From a bacterium (lineage in GTDB: Bacteria > UBA8248): a DNA stretch of 64,000 nucleotides. Made by a program: the position numbers and the translations under genes. The stretch covers positions 3,808,001 to 3,872,000 of the forward strand of contig OZ241875.1 of NCBI GenBank assembly GCA_965203325.1, read 5' to 3'. This document shows, piece after piece, positions 30,479 through 40,829 of this stretch (position 1 is the stretch's first letter; each line of letters starts with the position of its first letter). The notes beneath the pieces are model-generated. The model was not told the origin of the DNA, did not search any database, and saw nothing but the letters and a program-made list of their open reading frames with translations.

Positions 30479-30775
30479 ATGCGGAAACCCGGACCCGAAG
30501 CGAGTACTTTCCTCACCCACCTGTTCGGCCGAGGCCTTGAGGACGAGCGCTACGAAGTGAAACGCTACAAGTCCGCCGATGGCGACATCAGGCCCGTGCC
30601 CGACAGGGAGAGCGGGAGGCGCAAGAAGAAGAGAGCTACGGCCTCGCGGAAAGCCGTACGCGAGATGCGGCCCGCGCGCGACGAACTCATCGTCTGCACG
30701 GGGATCAGGGTCCCCGGCAGCGGGCTGCAGCTGTGGGGCGAGCACCTCGTGTGGGCCCGGATGCTCACCCGGTGA
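30479..30775 (+). CDS. Hypothetical protein
   Basis: AAGGAGG RBS, co-oriented with the leading-region genes. Confidence 0.45.
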   Translation: MRKPGPEASTFLTHLFGRGLEDERYEVKRYKSADGDIRPVPDRESGRRKKKRATASRKAVREMRPARDELIVCTGIRVPGSGLQLWGEHLVWARMLTR

Positions 30776-30869
30776 GGAAGTCCCCCCCGGAAGGACTTCC
30801 GCCCGCCAGACGTCTCGCCGGCCAGGCGCCGGCCGCACGGATTCCATCCACCCCAGGGAGGGAGGCGGG

Positions 30870-31679
30870 ATGCCCTACAAGGACCTGGAAAAAGCCCGAG
30901 CTTATGAGCGCGAGCGCCACCGCAAACGCACCGCCGAGCGACTCGCGCGCGGCCTGTGCCCCAAGTGTGGAAAGAATCCTCCCGCGCCCGGGCGCAGTCT
31001 GTGCGAACCCTGCCTCGAGAGGGACCGGGAGACCCGACGCGCCCGATACGCCGAAGCCCGGGCGGGGGGAGCCCCATATGGTGGACGCGACCCCGAGAGC
31101 CGCCGCCGCATGGCGCGGGAGAGGGCGAGGAAGCGCAGGCGCGAGCGGGTGGAAGCCGGCTTGTGCCCGCGCTGCGGACGCGAGCCCGTCGCGGCTGGCG
31201 CCGTCTGCGAACCCTGCCGGGAGGCGAGGCGCGCTGAAGAGCGAAAGCTCTACGCCGCCAGGAGAGCGAAAGGGCTTTGCGGACGGTGCGGTGCGGAAGT
31301 CGTCGATGAGGCTTCGACGTGCGCTTCGTGCGCCGCAAAAGAAGTAAAACGCCGTCCGCGCAAGAACACCGCGAGCAGGAAGCGCTATCGCGACAGGCGA
31401 GCCCTCGGACTTTGCGTCGACTGCGGCGCCAATGCGGACGCAGGGGTGAGATGTACTCCCTGCGCGCGCCGGTCGTACCACTCCTCGGGCGAGCACAAGG
31501 GGATGCCCGTCTATCCGCCGCGCTACACCGTGGTCGAACTCGCCACCGGCATCGAGCACGGACCTCTCGACTCCTGGGAGGAGGTCGCGATGTGCCTCGC
31601 CTTCGCCAAGCTCTCCCGGGAGGAAGTGGAAGTCATCGAAGACGCTCCCTTGATGGCAAACTTGACAGCTTGGGAGTGA
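30870..31679 (+). CDS. Arg-rich protein with four tandem C4 zinc-ribbon repeats
   Basis: GLCPKCG..CEPC, GLCPRCG..CEPC, GLCGRCG..CASC, GLCVDCG..CTPC; GGAGG RBS. Confidence 0.75.
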   Translation: MPYKDLEKARAYERERHRKRTAERLARGLCPKCGKNPPAPGRSLCEPCLERDRETRRARYAEARAGGAPYGGRDPESRRRMARERARKRRRERVEAGLCPRCGREPVAAGAVCEPCREARRAEERKLYAARRAKGLCGRCGAEVVDEASTCASCAAKEVKRRPRKNTASRKRYRDRRALGLCVDCGANADAGVRCTPCARRSYHSSGEHKGMPVYPPRYTVVELATGIEHGPLDSWEEVAMCLAFAKLSREEVEVIEDAPLMANLTAWE

Positions 31680-32433
31680 GCGTCGGCGGCCGCGCCTGCA
31701 CGTGCCGCCGTCCGCCCGCCGGCGGGGGGCAGACCCGGCCGGGGGGAGGGTTTGACGCTGCCCTGCTGCGCAGCCGGCCTGCCGCCGGGGGGTCGCCGCC
31801 CAGCCTCGCCGCCGCCCGTCGGATACGTATCGCCTCCCGAAACCCTCCGGGTTCCTTCCCGTCGAGGGCGGAGAGATTGCCACCCCGCTGCGCCGCCAAC
31901 CGGACCCGGGCGCGCCGCGCAGGACGGCGGGCGGGGGCCTGGCCGCGAGTCCGGATACGACCACACGGGGCGGACGCGACCCGGCAGAGCAGTCCCGCCA
32001 TCGGTGACGAAGGAGCCGACCACAATCCCGACCCCCCAGGCGGCGCGGAGCTAACCCGGCAACCCTGCCCCGGCAGCATCAACGCCGACACCCCGGTCTG
32101 CGGCGCGGGACCATCGACGATAAAGCTCAACGGCGGTGACAGGAACGTCGCCGCCCCGAACCCCGCCCCACTCGATACGTCTCCGTTCGCCCATCCTCGT
32201 CCATCCGAATCCCGGACCAGGGGCGCGCTCGCCTGGTTCCCGCTCCCGTTCCGCCTCCGGGACTACCCGGTCGGGACGGAGGCCGCTCACGCTCCGTGGG
32301 CGGTCCTCACCGGACGTGAACCTTCCCGGGGGAGAGGTGGAGCGAAGCGGGGAGCCGGGCAAAGGCCCGGCAGGGGAGAGGGAGACGGTCTCCAGCTCCC
32401 GCCGCCGGGGACAACCCGATAGGAGGCTTGGCC

Positions 32434-32565
32434 ATGTACGAGAACGACTTCGACGTCGATGTTCCCACCACGGACGAACTGCTCGCAGAACTCGGACTCG
32501 ACGCCTACACGATCCGCAAGATTCGCGACGAGGCGGGGGGCGAGGAGGAGTTCAGGAGGGAATAG
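32434..32565 (+). CDS. 43-aa acidic small protein (below the ORF-track cutoff)
   Basis: AGGAGG RBS; MYENDFDVDVPTTDELLAELGLDAYTIRKIRDEAGGEEEFRRE. Confidence 0.55.
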   Translation: MYENDFDVDVPTTDELLAELGLDAYTIRKIRDEAGGEEEFRRE

Positions 32566-32645
32566 GGCAGATCGGGGGATCGGGGAGAGAGGCTCCCCGG
32601 CCCTTCCACTTCATCATCCACACCACACTGTGAAGGAGTATTACA

Positions 32646-33086
32646 ATGGCATTCGGACTCAACAGAGCGGAACTGATCGGGCGTCTCGGCGCCGACGTCA
32701 CCGTCAACCATCTCACGAGCGGGGGGCGCGTCGCCAACCTCTCGATCGCCACAGACGAGGGCTACGTCGACAAGCAGAGCGGCGAGCGGGTGGACAAGAC
32801 CGAGTGGCACCGGGTCGTGACCTTCCAGCCCGGCCTGGTGGACATGTTCGAGAAGCACGCGAAGAAGGGCCGCCTGATCTACGTCGCTGGCAAGCTCCAG
32901 ACCAGGCGCTGGAAGAAGGACGGGGAAGACTCGGACCGGTTCTCGACCGAGATACTCATCGCCCCGGGGGGACGCGTGCAGTTCCTCGACAAGGTGAACG
33001 GGAACGGCAATGGCAACGGCAACGGCGCGCACCCCGAGACGACGGCGGTGGCGGCTGGCGTAGCCGGGGACGACATCCCGTTCTAG
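32646..33086 (+). CDS. ssb: Single-stranded DNA-binding protein
   Basis: LNRAELIGRLG, TEWHRVV, GKLQTRRW, C-terminal DDIPF. Confidence 0.95.
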   Translation: MAFGLNRAELIGRLGADVTVNHLTSGGRVANLSIATDEGYVDKQSGERVDKTEWHRVVTFQPGLVDMFEKHAKKGRLIYVAGKLQTRRWKKDGEDSDRFSTEILIAPGGRVQFLDKVNGNGNGNGNGAHPETTAVAAGVAGDDIPF

Positions 33087-33093
33087 GCTCACC

Positions 33094-33128
33094 AGGGGTC
33101 GGCGCTTCGGCGTCGGCCCCTTTTTTTC
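33094..33128 (+). terminator. Rho-independent terminator after ssb
   Basis: AGGGGTCGGCGC-TTCG-GCGTCGGCCCCT followed by a T tract. Confidence 0.85.
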
Positions 33129-33426
33129 TGCTCCTTATCCAGAGGAAGTCCGCCCTGCCTGCTCTCTCATCTACCGGGAGCACCCGGTAAATCTCCGGTT
33201 CCGTGAACGATAAACCGTGTTCCCGGAAGATCGGCATGCTCCTGCCAATCATCCCATAATTCCAGACAGTGGCTCAGTCCACCCCCCGCTGCGGGAATTT
33301 CGGGCCGGAAAAGACGGCCCGAAATGACCCTTTCCGCAGCATGAGAGACTGTTTCCCGATGAGCTTCGCCTTCATCGTGAAACACCAAAGGCTCTTGTGT
33401 CCCGGTGGCGGTACTACCCTCTCTCT

Positions 33427-33616
33427 CTTAGCGCTCCCATTTTAGCACGCACGGCGCGGGGTCAAGGGTGCTTTTGCCAAAAAACGCAAAAGCATCTTTT
33501 TTCAGAAAAAATCGGTGAAGCGTGGATTTTTTCCGCTGCGCGCCCTCCGGGTGAAAAAAGACTGGAAACCGCCCCTGACGCCCACGCCTACCACGTGCTG
33601 AAAATGGGGCGCTAAG
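33427..33616 (+). promoter_or_regulatory. Long stem-loop, Frpo/ssi-like single-strand promoter candidate
   Basis: CTTAGCGCTCCCATTTTAGCACG pairs with CGTGCTGAAAATGGGGCGCTAAG; inner GTCAAGGG/CCCCTGAC; directly upstream of leading-region genes. Confidence 0.55.
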
Positions 33617-33652
33617 AAGCGCATCCGTTAACTCTCTGGAAAGGAGAAAGGC

Positions 33653-34027
33653 ATGGAAACCACCGTGGTGAATCTGAACGACTACGTTGCTCCCCAGTTC
33701 GGCGGCGGCTTGCTGGTCAGGATCGACCGCATGACCAAGTGGGGAAACCCCTTCCGCATCGGCCAGGACGGCGAGCGCGACGAGGTGATCGAAAAATACC
33801 GGCGATGGCTCTGGGAAAGAATCCAGCGCGAAGAGCAGGACCTCTACGAACTCGCCGACCTGCAAGGCTGCGAGCTCGGCTGCCACTGCCATCCCCTTCC
33901 GTGCCACGGCGACGTACTCGCACGCGCCGCCGAGTGGGCCGCCAGGTATCTCGACGAGATGCCGAAAGAAGTGGGGCGCAACGAGCGTGGCTACGCTCTT
34001 CCCGAATTCAACCATCCCCTCGCTTGA
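33653..34027 (+). CDS. DUF4326-domain protein
   Basis: RIDR.TKWGNPF...RDEVIEKY...L.G.ELGCHCHPLPCHGDVL. Confidence 0.85.
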   Translation: METTVVNLNDYVAPQFGGGLLVRIDRMTKWGNPFRIGQDGERDEVIEKYRRWLWERIQREEQDLYELADLQGCELGCHCHPLPCHGDVLARAAEWAARYLDEMPKEVGRNERGYALPEFNHPLA

Positions 34028-34057
34028 GGACAACCCAACCACTGAAAGGAGTGAACG

Positions 34058-35017
34058 ATGACTGCCACCGCGACACACGACCACAAGGAGAGCATCATGC
34101 ACGAGGTTGACAACATCGAAGCGCAGAACGAATCCTTCACCGCCATGGTCTGCGAACAGGCCGCGCTCTTCGGCGCGACCCCCGGCCCTGACGAGTTCGA
34201 CAACCGCCCCGTGTGGGGCGAAGCGGAGTCCACCGCCGCCGTCCTCAAGGCATTCCACCTGCTCGCCGAGGCCGCGCCCGACGGCACGCAACTGGCCGAC
34301 GAGCGGGCGAGTCTCCTGTGGGGCTTCGTCAACACCTTGGACGCCCAGACACAGCGCCTCGACCGCGCCGCCGACAAGCTCATCCCCGGCATCCGTGAAC
34401 TGCAGCGCGAACAGGACGGCTCCGAGATCCGCTCCCGCGAACTCGAACTCGCCACCGACCGGGCCGAGAACCTCACCGCCCGCCGCGACGCGTTCGAAGG
34501 ACTGCGCGACACGGCCGCCGAGGCCTACCGCGTCGAGACCGGCGAGGTATGGCGGCCACGGCGAGGATCGCACGTCTCGCAGACCGGCAAGCTCACATCG
34601 GCGGTGATCGAGGCGCGTGACTTCCAGCGCGCGAAAAAGGACCGCGAGAGCACGGCCCACCTCCCCCAGGGAACACTCGTCGCCGTCGCGGGAGGCAAGG
34701 AAGCCACCGACGCCGGAAAAATCATCGGCCAGCTCGACAAGCTGAAAGCCAAGTACGCCGACGTCGTCCTCGTCCACGGCGGCGGCCCCGGCGCGGAGAA
34801 GGTCGCGGCGGGATGGGCCGAGCGCAACGGCGTCCACCAGATCGTCTGCAAGCCCGACTGGGACGCCCACGGCAGGGCGGCTCCCTTCCGGCGCAACGAC
34901 GAGCTGCTCTCCCTCCTCCCCAAGGGCGTGATCGCGTTCCCGGGTTCGGGCATCACCGACAACCTCGTCGACAAGGCTCGAAGCCTCGGCATCCCCGTGC
35001 AACGCGTGGCCGCCTGA
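34058..35017 (+). CDS. DUF2493 / SLOG (YspA-like) domain protein
   Basis: C-terminal VAVAGG, LVHGG.PGAE, PDW..HGRAAPFRRN, IAFPGSGIT. Confidence 0.8.
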   Translation: MTATATHDHKESIMHEVDNIEAQNESFTAMVCEQAALFGATPGPDEFDNRPVWGEAESTAAVLKAFHLLAEAAPDGTQLADERASLLWGFVNTLDAQTQRLDRAADKLIPGIRELQREQDGSEIRSRELELATDRAENLTARRDAFEGLRDTAAEAYRVETGEVWRPRRGSHVSQTGKLTSAVIEARDFQRAKKDRESTAHLPQGTLVAVAGGKEATDAGKIIGQLDKLKAKYADVVLVHGGGPGAEKVAAGWAERNGVHQIVCKPDWDAHGRAAPFRRNDELLSLLPKGVIAFPGSGITDNLVDKARSLGIPVQRVAA

Positions 35018-35685
35018 TGCGAACACTCCTCGGGTCGCGTCGCCACCCCGGCGGCGCGGCCCGTCGCTTCCCGTGTCGTTCGTCTGCTTGTGATTAAAAG
35101 CGCAAAATACAGCGCCCCGTGCGTCCGCCGCTTGTGAATCCAGGCACAAGATTCAGCACCCCCACACCCTTTTGCCCCTCGCTCTGTCCGCTCAATCGCC
35201 GCGGCGGCTCCCGCTCGCCATTCTCTCCGGCGAAAATTCCCCTGTCGTTCGTTCCCAGGAATCCGCCGCTAGCCGCCCTTAGGCGCTTCGGGTTGTACAC
35301 CGGACGCATCGCTGATGCGGGTGTCGCGTAGGTGCGGCTGCCTGCGATGTGCCGTGACAATTCGCATTCCTGTAGGTTTCTGTCATGCCGAAAAAAGCAA
35401 TACCATTCTGGTATCATTCTATCTCTTTGAAATCCCTGCACTTAAAAATGGCGTATGCTCATTGTAATACGATGTAATACGGGGATTTCCTGTGAGATAC
35501 CAAATTGGTAGTACACGGACGTGCGCTGCGTTATGATGGCTACCAATATGGTAGTTCGTGAAACGGCGTCGCGGGCATGATTTTTGGGCCCGAGGTGGAT
35601 GCGTTTGGTGCAAGAAATGAGAATTCTTGTGGTCGTTTTGCGACCGGAACGAATGAAGATTTTCTCGAAAGGAGCGGCGAAACGT

Positions 35686-36000
35686 ATGGTTCAGACGATA
35701 CAGAAGAACATCAGGGTCACGCCCGAACAGTGGAAACGAATTGAAAATGAGGCCGAAAAGCGCGAAATGTCGCCCAACCGACTGGTGGTAGAGTTCGTGA
35801 TGGAAGCCCTGGAGCGCCGCGAATGGCCCCGAACCAAAGCGGAAATCCACCTATTGCGCTCTGCGATGTTCGTCGCACAAGCAATAATACGTGACATGGA
35901 GAAGGACGGACGAGAGGAGGAGATCGAGCAAATCAGCCGAACCATATCCGAAGTCGCGCCGGAATTGCCAGTGAATCTTTCGAAATCAGACACCCCATAG
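35686..36000 (+). CDS. Ribbon-helix-helix-like DNA-binding protein
   Basis: IQKNIRV beta strand followed by helices (PEQWKRIENEAEKREMSPNRLV); AAGGAG RBS. Confidence 0.55.
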   Translation: MVQTIQKNIRVTPEQWKRIENEAEKREMSPNRLVVEFVMEALERREWPRTKAEIHLLRSAMFVAQAIIRDMEKDGREEEIEQISRTISEVAPELPVNLSKSDTP

Positions 36001-36190
36001 CTTGATTCTTTGGACGACTAGGTGTGAACATAGAGTGGAATGTCCGTGGTGTTGGTCGTGTCAAAACCTAACCTTTCTGTAATCTGGAACTAATAGGGGG
36101 CTACGCGCTAACTCAATCCCGCACTTGACTATTTTTACATCTTCCTTCGTGGCAAACAGAACATGGCAAAACAATTGAAAGGCAACCGAT

Positions 36191-39100
36191 TTGCACGACT
36201 CAATCCGTGAGCTTCAATCAATTTTTCTTGAAGCAGACTCCGCTTGTCTTGAACGTTTGGCCGCCCATGCTCTCGGCTCTTTGCTCGGTGTACCCGTTCG
36301 GGTTGCCCGCTCCGGCGACCAGAGGGGTGGAGATGGTGGCACTTCAGGCATCGATGGCCGTGAACTCGTCTTCGAAACGCGTCGCTACAGTGACAAAACA
36401 AGGATTGACGAGCGCGGCATTCTCGGGGAGATCGAACAAGCAATAGACAGAAAGCCAGATCTTGAAGCCTGGATTCTGGTGACCACAAGGGAGGTTCGCG
36501 AACAAACCGAACAGGCGATGACACGGGCGGGACTGAAAAACGGGGTGGCTACGGTCATTATTGATTGGCTACAACAACCGTTGCCGAAACTTGCTGCACT
36601 CGCTGCCAGTTGTCCGGAGTGTTTCAGGGCCGAGATTGGTGAAGGGTATGATCATCTTCTGACAGATATCGCTGCGATGCAGGGATACAAAAGGACGCTA
36701 AATGCCATCGAATCTGAACTCAATGGCTGGTTATTAGGTTACCAGGCAGTTCGTGACGCAAGTCATGCTCAAGTACGGGAGATTTGGGAATCACGTCAAA
36801 AAGCCAACGCAAGATTCGGGCAAAACGTAGCCGGTGGCACGAAAGAAGCGCACCACGTTCGCCGATCCGGACTGATAGATCGTCTGGATGCTTGGTCTAA
36901 AGCCGCCACTGGCGGCGAAGTGGGTGCATTGGTCGGTCTTGACGGCATGGGCAAGACCTGGGTTGCTATCGATTGGCTTCAGTCGAGACTTAATCAGCTA
37001 CCGATAATTGTACTCGTTCCCTCATCCGCGCTCGGAAACGGGATTGCCAGTCGCACCGATCTAATCAGGTTTATCGCACGCTATCTGCACGATATATCAG
37101 GAGTGCGCAACGAACCGTTCTGGGAGCAACGTGTTCGTCGGCTTTTGGCGCGTCCTCCGGAAGAGGGGCCCGCTTTCTTCCTGTTCTTCGACGGCCTTAA
37201 CCAGCTTTCATCTTTTGACTGGCTTGGAATTTTCCGCCAACTCGAAGATGAGCCTTTTTACAAACGAACTCTTACTTTAATTTCCTCGCGCACTAGTTTC
37301 TACGAAGAGCGTTTGAACAAATTACGCGCTCTGGTTGCAAATCCGGTTCGTATCGATATTGGCAAATACCATCTGGCACCCGACGGCACTTTTGACCAGA
37401 AATTGGAACTAGCTGGCCTGTCCCGCGAGGAACTGTCCGATGAACTGATCGAACATGCGGCAGTGCCGCGATTATTCGACTTGGTAATTCAACTAAAAGA
37501 CTCCCTTGGCGATATTTCCGCAGTGACTGTAAATCGTCTTCTCTGGGCTTATGGTGCATCGACCGATGGCGCATTCAGTGAGGATGACTGGCGGCGGTTT
37601 ATCATAGAACTTGCCAAAGAGCATCAGGACGCCAATCGGGTCTCCACGGTTCAACGCGTCACGGATTTGAGCGAAGATGCGACCCTGACGCCGGATCGCA
37701 TATATCAACGTGTCTCTAGCGTGATCGACGGCATCTTCACGGAACTCAGCGGAGAAGGTGAACTCCATTTCCAAGAGGATTTTGTACACCACGCTTTAGG
37801 TCTTGCTTTGGTGAAGCGCATGGAGCAGACCGAGTCTGACGAAGACGTCACAACTGTTCTTGAAAAATTTCTCGACCCCATTGCGGGCTATGACGCCCGA
37901 GCTGAAACCCTTCGCGCTGCCGTAAACATTACACTTCTGCGAAGTACTCCCCAACAACCGAAATGGCTGAGTACGCTATGCACTTTCTGGATCCAGACAC
38001 AGAACCTGCCCGACGAACATATAAAGGAATTGGAAGTCTTCGCTCCGGAACTTGTCACGCCCTTACTGGATGTAATTGAAGCATCGTATGGACATGCGCT
38101 CACCACGCCGAGACATATTGGAATCAATGCGCTCGCCAGAGTAGAAAAAAGCAACGGGCTCGTTGCCCGGGAGATCGCCGAGCGTGGGGAACAGTGGCAC
38201 AGGTTCATTTCTCTCGAGAAGCACGGTACCGATCTCGGGGAAAACTCGTTCTACGCCTATCGATGCAAACGCCTCAAGGAACGCATAGGCGTAACCGAAC
38301 CAGGCCAAGTAACCGTCACAGGGCGGGTTTTCGAGATCGTGGACTATAGAGGTAATGACCTTATTATTGCGGCATCGCAGCTTCTCCAGGGACGTCCTCT
38401 AGCAGGAGCCATTCAATTCTTCGAAACAGGCGCAATTCATCATGCGATTGTCGGCGGCGGAACAGGACACGAATCCCAATCCTGGCTTAACACTCTCAAT
38501 ACGGTCGATCCGGTGGAAACGGCGGAAGGATTGAGGCGCGCATCGGAAATCGTGCATGAACGTACACCCGAACCTGAAGTTCATAGCGATCTCAACAAGC
38601 GGATTGCATCGCTTCTGCTTCAGTGGACCGGCTATGAAAATGATGACAAGGCGGCGCGGAAGATTGACCCGAAGATCGAGCACTTGCAGCGTTACGAGAC
38701 GGACTATCTGACTAATCCTTCTCGTTCTTTCTTCCGTCTTGAACGGCGGCACACTACTCTTGCGCTCTGCGACACCGAGCTCTCTATCATTCACAGGATC
38801 GGGCGGGCCAAGGACGCTTTGCTTGATCCAAGCTTTGAAGTTCCGCCGGGATTCGTTGATGAATTGATCTCAACTGGAGAAAGTTTTGATTTCTCACAGA
38901 CAGCCACCGGACGTGGTCATACGCGCCACGATCATGAATGGGAACTACTCTCTCTCGCATTTGCACGTTGTGCGCCTGAAAAACTTGCGGACCTCGAACG
39001 CAAGCGCCTGCTTGGTTTTGCCGACCGGCCCATAGATCAACAGTTCGGTTCGTCTCTCGTAGCGCCTGACGCCATGCTTCTCGCAGGAAAGGGAGAAAGC

Positions 39101-40828
39101 ACAGCCATTCAGACTTTACGGGAGCGGGGAGATAGAAGACGAGACAACGCCGAGTATACAACGCAGACCAGCTTCCTGATCTCGGAAATCCAATGCAAAC
39201 CGCCCTTAGAGCAGATCCGAAAGATAATGAAAGCGGAACTCGCTCATATCGACTGGTATTTAGCCGGTGCCTGTGATCCGCCTACTGAACATGAGATAGA
39301 TCTCCTCCTAGACGAGTACGGCGATGATGAAGAACAGCTAAGACGGCTTGCCAGTATCCTCGGTGCCCATGACCTGACCTTGAGCGCTCGCGCTTTTAAT
39401 ACCTTCTCCGACCTTTTGAAACCCGGTGCCACCGACCCCTCATCAGGGGCGGCTTGGGAGCTTTTGGCGTCGAACGAACCAGCGCGCCTGGGTGCCATGC
39501 TCGATAATGACGCCTGGAGTTGGTCGTACGAAAGACACATCATGGAAAATCTTATGGGCTCCGTTGCGATTGCTGAATCGAACCGGGGCACCCCGTTTAC
39601 GGAATATGCACAACGGGTCGCTCCAGCCCAGTTGCTCGAGACATTGTCGCAGGAAAAACGGTCGCGCGAAGATGTGGAACTTGCGGTCGAATTGTTGACT
39701 GGAGTTCTCTTCGGCGATTCCATAGATCCGCCGGAAGCCGGCGTCGCTATTTCTCACGAGCAGGAAAAGGTGCAATTGAGAACCTACCAATGCACCATTG
39801 GGGATGTATACGAGGAAGGAGAAAATCAGGAGAATTTCGTGCGTTTCGTTGAAAGATTCAATTCCCCCGAGAAACATGAAAAAAGAAGGCGCGAGATCGT
39901 CGATGCTTATTTGATTAAGGTCAAGGAAGCGAGACAGTCGGGCGCTCAACTCTATCTCGTGCATTTCACGGCAGATAATTTCGAACCCGTATTGAAACAC
40001 TGTCCAGACGCTGTCGAAACGTGGCTGGCAGGTCTCGAATCTTCGTCGCCGGACTTCATAAGGCGCGTTCGATTGGCGGAAGGATTTTTTGTAGCTCTGT
40101 GCGAGGCGCTTTTGAAGAAAGACCCACCACGCGGCATATCCCTGTGGCGTACCTTGAGGAAGTACCTGGTGACCAAATTCATTGGTCACGCCAATATCGA
40201 TAGATTGGTATATGCCCTGTTTACCGCAGCATCTCACGAAGAAGTGGACACCGCGCTGGAAGAAATTTACGGCATCAACGAAGCTCGAAGCGACGAAGAA
40301 CTGATAAATTTAGTCATAGCGGCTCGTTTGTCGGGTCGAAATGATTGGCTGCGGCGAATGGTGAGTCGTGACGCGGAGTCTTCCTGTCCGGTACATCGGC
40401 AAAGAGCAACCTTCCTGCAACCGTTGTTGACCCGGCCTGATATCGCCGGAGCCAAACATTGGCCCGAGGGTGAAGCCGCGAGCATATACGACTACATTCA
40501 CGAGACCTCTTGGATGCTAGCTCAACGTGAAGCCTTTGCCGCTCATTGGTTACAGAAATTTACCGAAGCGGACACGGTCGAGACTGCCCATGCATGCTGG
40601 CGCCTGTTCAAGGCTTGCGGTGATCGGCGCGCCTGGATTTGGAGGAGGAGCATATGTGAGTCTCACGCAACGCAGAATGAACTTTTGGAAACGGTCAAGA
40701 AAAAATTCATCGAACAAGAAGAACACAATCTGAAGAGCGCGATATCGGAAAACGAACGGTCCTGGTCCGATCATTTCGCGAGGCGCAGATACCCCAACTC
40801 ACTTGTGCCATGGCGTTCAACACCTTAG
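36191..40828 (+). CDS. Large restriction-endonuclease-like + STAND/NACHT NTPase protein (Avs-like defence candidate)
   Basis: N-terminal GDQRGGDG...VFETRRY; Walker A GLDGMGKT; Walker B FLFFDGLNQ; long helical C-terminus; 1545 aa. Confidence 0.7.
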   Translation: MHDSIRELQSIFLEADSACLERLAAHALGSLLGVPVRVARSGDQRGGDGGTSGIDGRELVFETRRYSDKTRIDERGILGEIEQAIDRKPDLEAWILVTTREVREQTEQAMTRAGLKNGVATVIIDWLQQPLPKLAALAASCPECFRAEIGEGYDHLLTDIAAMQGYKRTLNAIESELNGWLLGYQAVRDASHAQVREIWESRQKANARFGQNVAGGTKEAHHVRRSGLIDRLDAWSKAATGGEVGALVGLDGMGKTWVAIDWLQSRLNQLPIIVLVPSSALGNGIASRTDLIRFIARYLHDISGVRNEPFWEQRVRRLLARPPEEGPAFFLFFDGLNQLSSFDWLGIFRQLEDEPFYKRTLTLISSRTSFYEERLNKLRALVANPVRIDIGKYHLAPDGTFDQKLELAGLSREELSDELIEHAAVPRLFDLVIQLKDSLGDISAVTVNRLLWAYGASTDGAFSEDDWRRFIIELAKEHQDANRVSTVQRVTDLSEDATLTPDRIYQRVSSVIDGIFTELSGEGELHFQEDFVHHALGLALVKRMEQTESDEDVTTVLEKFLDPIAGYDARAETLRAAVNITLLRSTPQQPKWLSTLCTFWIQTQNLPDEHIKELEVFAPELVTPLLDVIEASYGHALTTPRHIGINALARVEKSNGLVAREIAERGEQWHRFISLEKHGTDLGENSFYAYRCKRLKERIGVTEPGQVTVTGRVFEIVDYRGNDLIIAASQLLQGRPLAGAIQFFETGAIHHAIVGGGTGHESQSWLNTLNTVDPVETAEGLRRASEIVHERTPEPEVHSDLNKRIASLLLQWTGYENDDKAARKIDPKIEHLQRYETDYLTNPSRSFFRLERRHTTLALCDTELSIIHRIGRAKDALLDPSFEVPPGFVDELISTGESFDFSQTATGRGHTRHDHEWELLSLAFARCAPEKLADLERKRLLGFADRPIDQQFGSSLVAPDAMLLAGKGESTAIQTLRERGDRRRDNAEYTTQTSFLISEIQCKPPLEQIRKIMKAELAHIDWYLAGACDPPTEHEIDLLLDEYGDDEEQLRRLASILGAHDLTLSARAFNTFSDLLKPGATDPSSGAAWELLASNEPARLGAMLDNDAWSWSYERHIMENLMGSVAIAESNRGTPFTEYAQRVAPAQLLETLSQEKRSREDVELAVELLTGVLFGDSIDPPEAGVAISHEQEKVQLRTYQCTIGDVYEEGENQENFVRFVERFNSPEKHEKRRREIVDAYLIKVKEARQSGAQLYLVHFTADNFEPVLKHCPDAVETWLAGLESSSPDFIRRVRLAEGFFVALCEALLKKDPPRGISLWRTLRKYLVTKFIGHANIDRLVYALFTAASHEEVDTALEEIYGINEARSDEELINLVIAARLSGRNDWLRRMVSRDAESSCPVHRQRATFLQPLLTRPDIAGAKHWPEGEAASIYDYIHETSWMLAQREAFAAHWLQKFTEADTVETAHACWRLFKACGDRRAWIWRRSICESHATQNELLETVKKKFIEQEEHNLKSAISENERSWSDHFARRRYPNSLVPWRSTP

Positions 40829-40829
40829 G

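Noticed and set aside
33428..35149. 573-aa minus-strand ORF
   Set aside because: Antisense to the recognisable DUF4326 and DUF2493 genes
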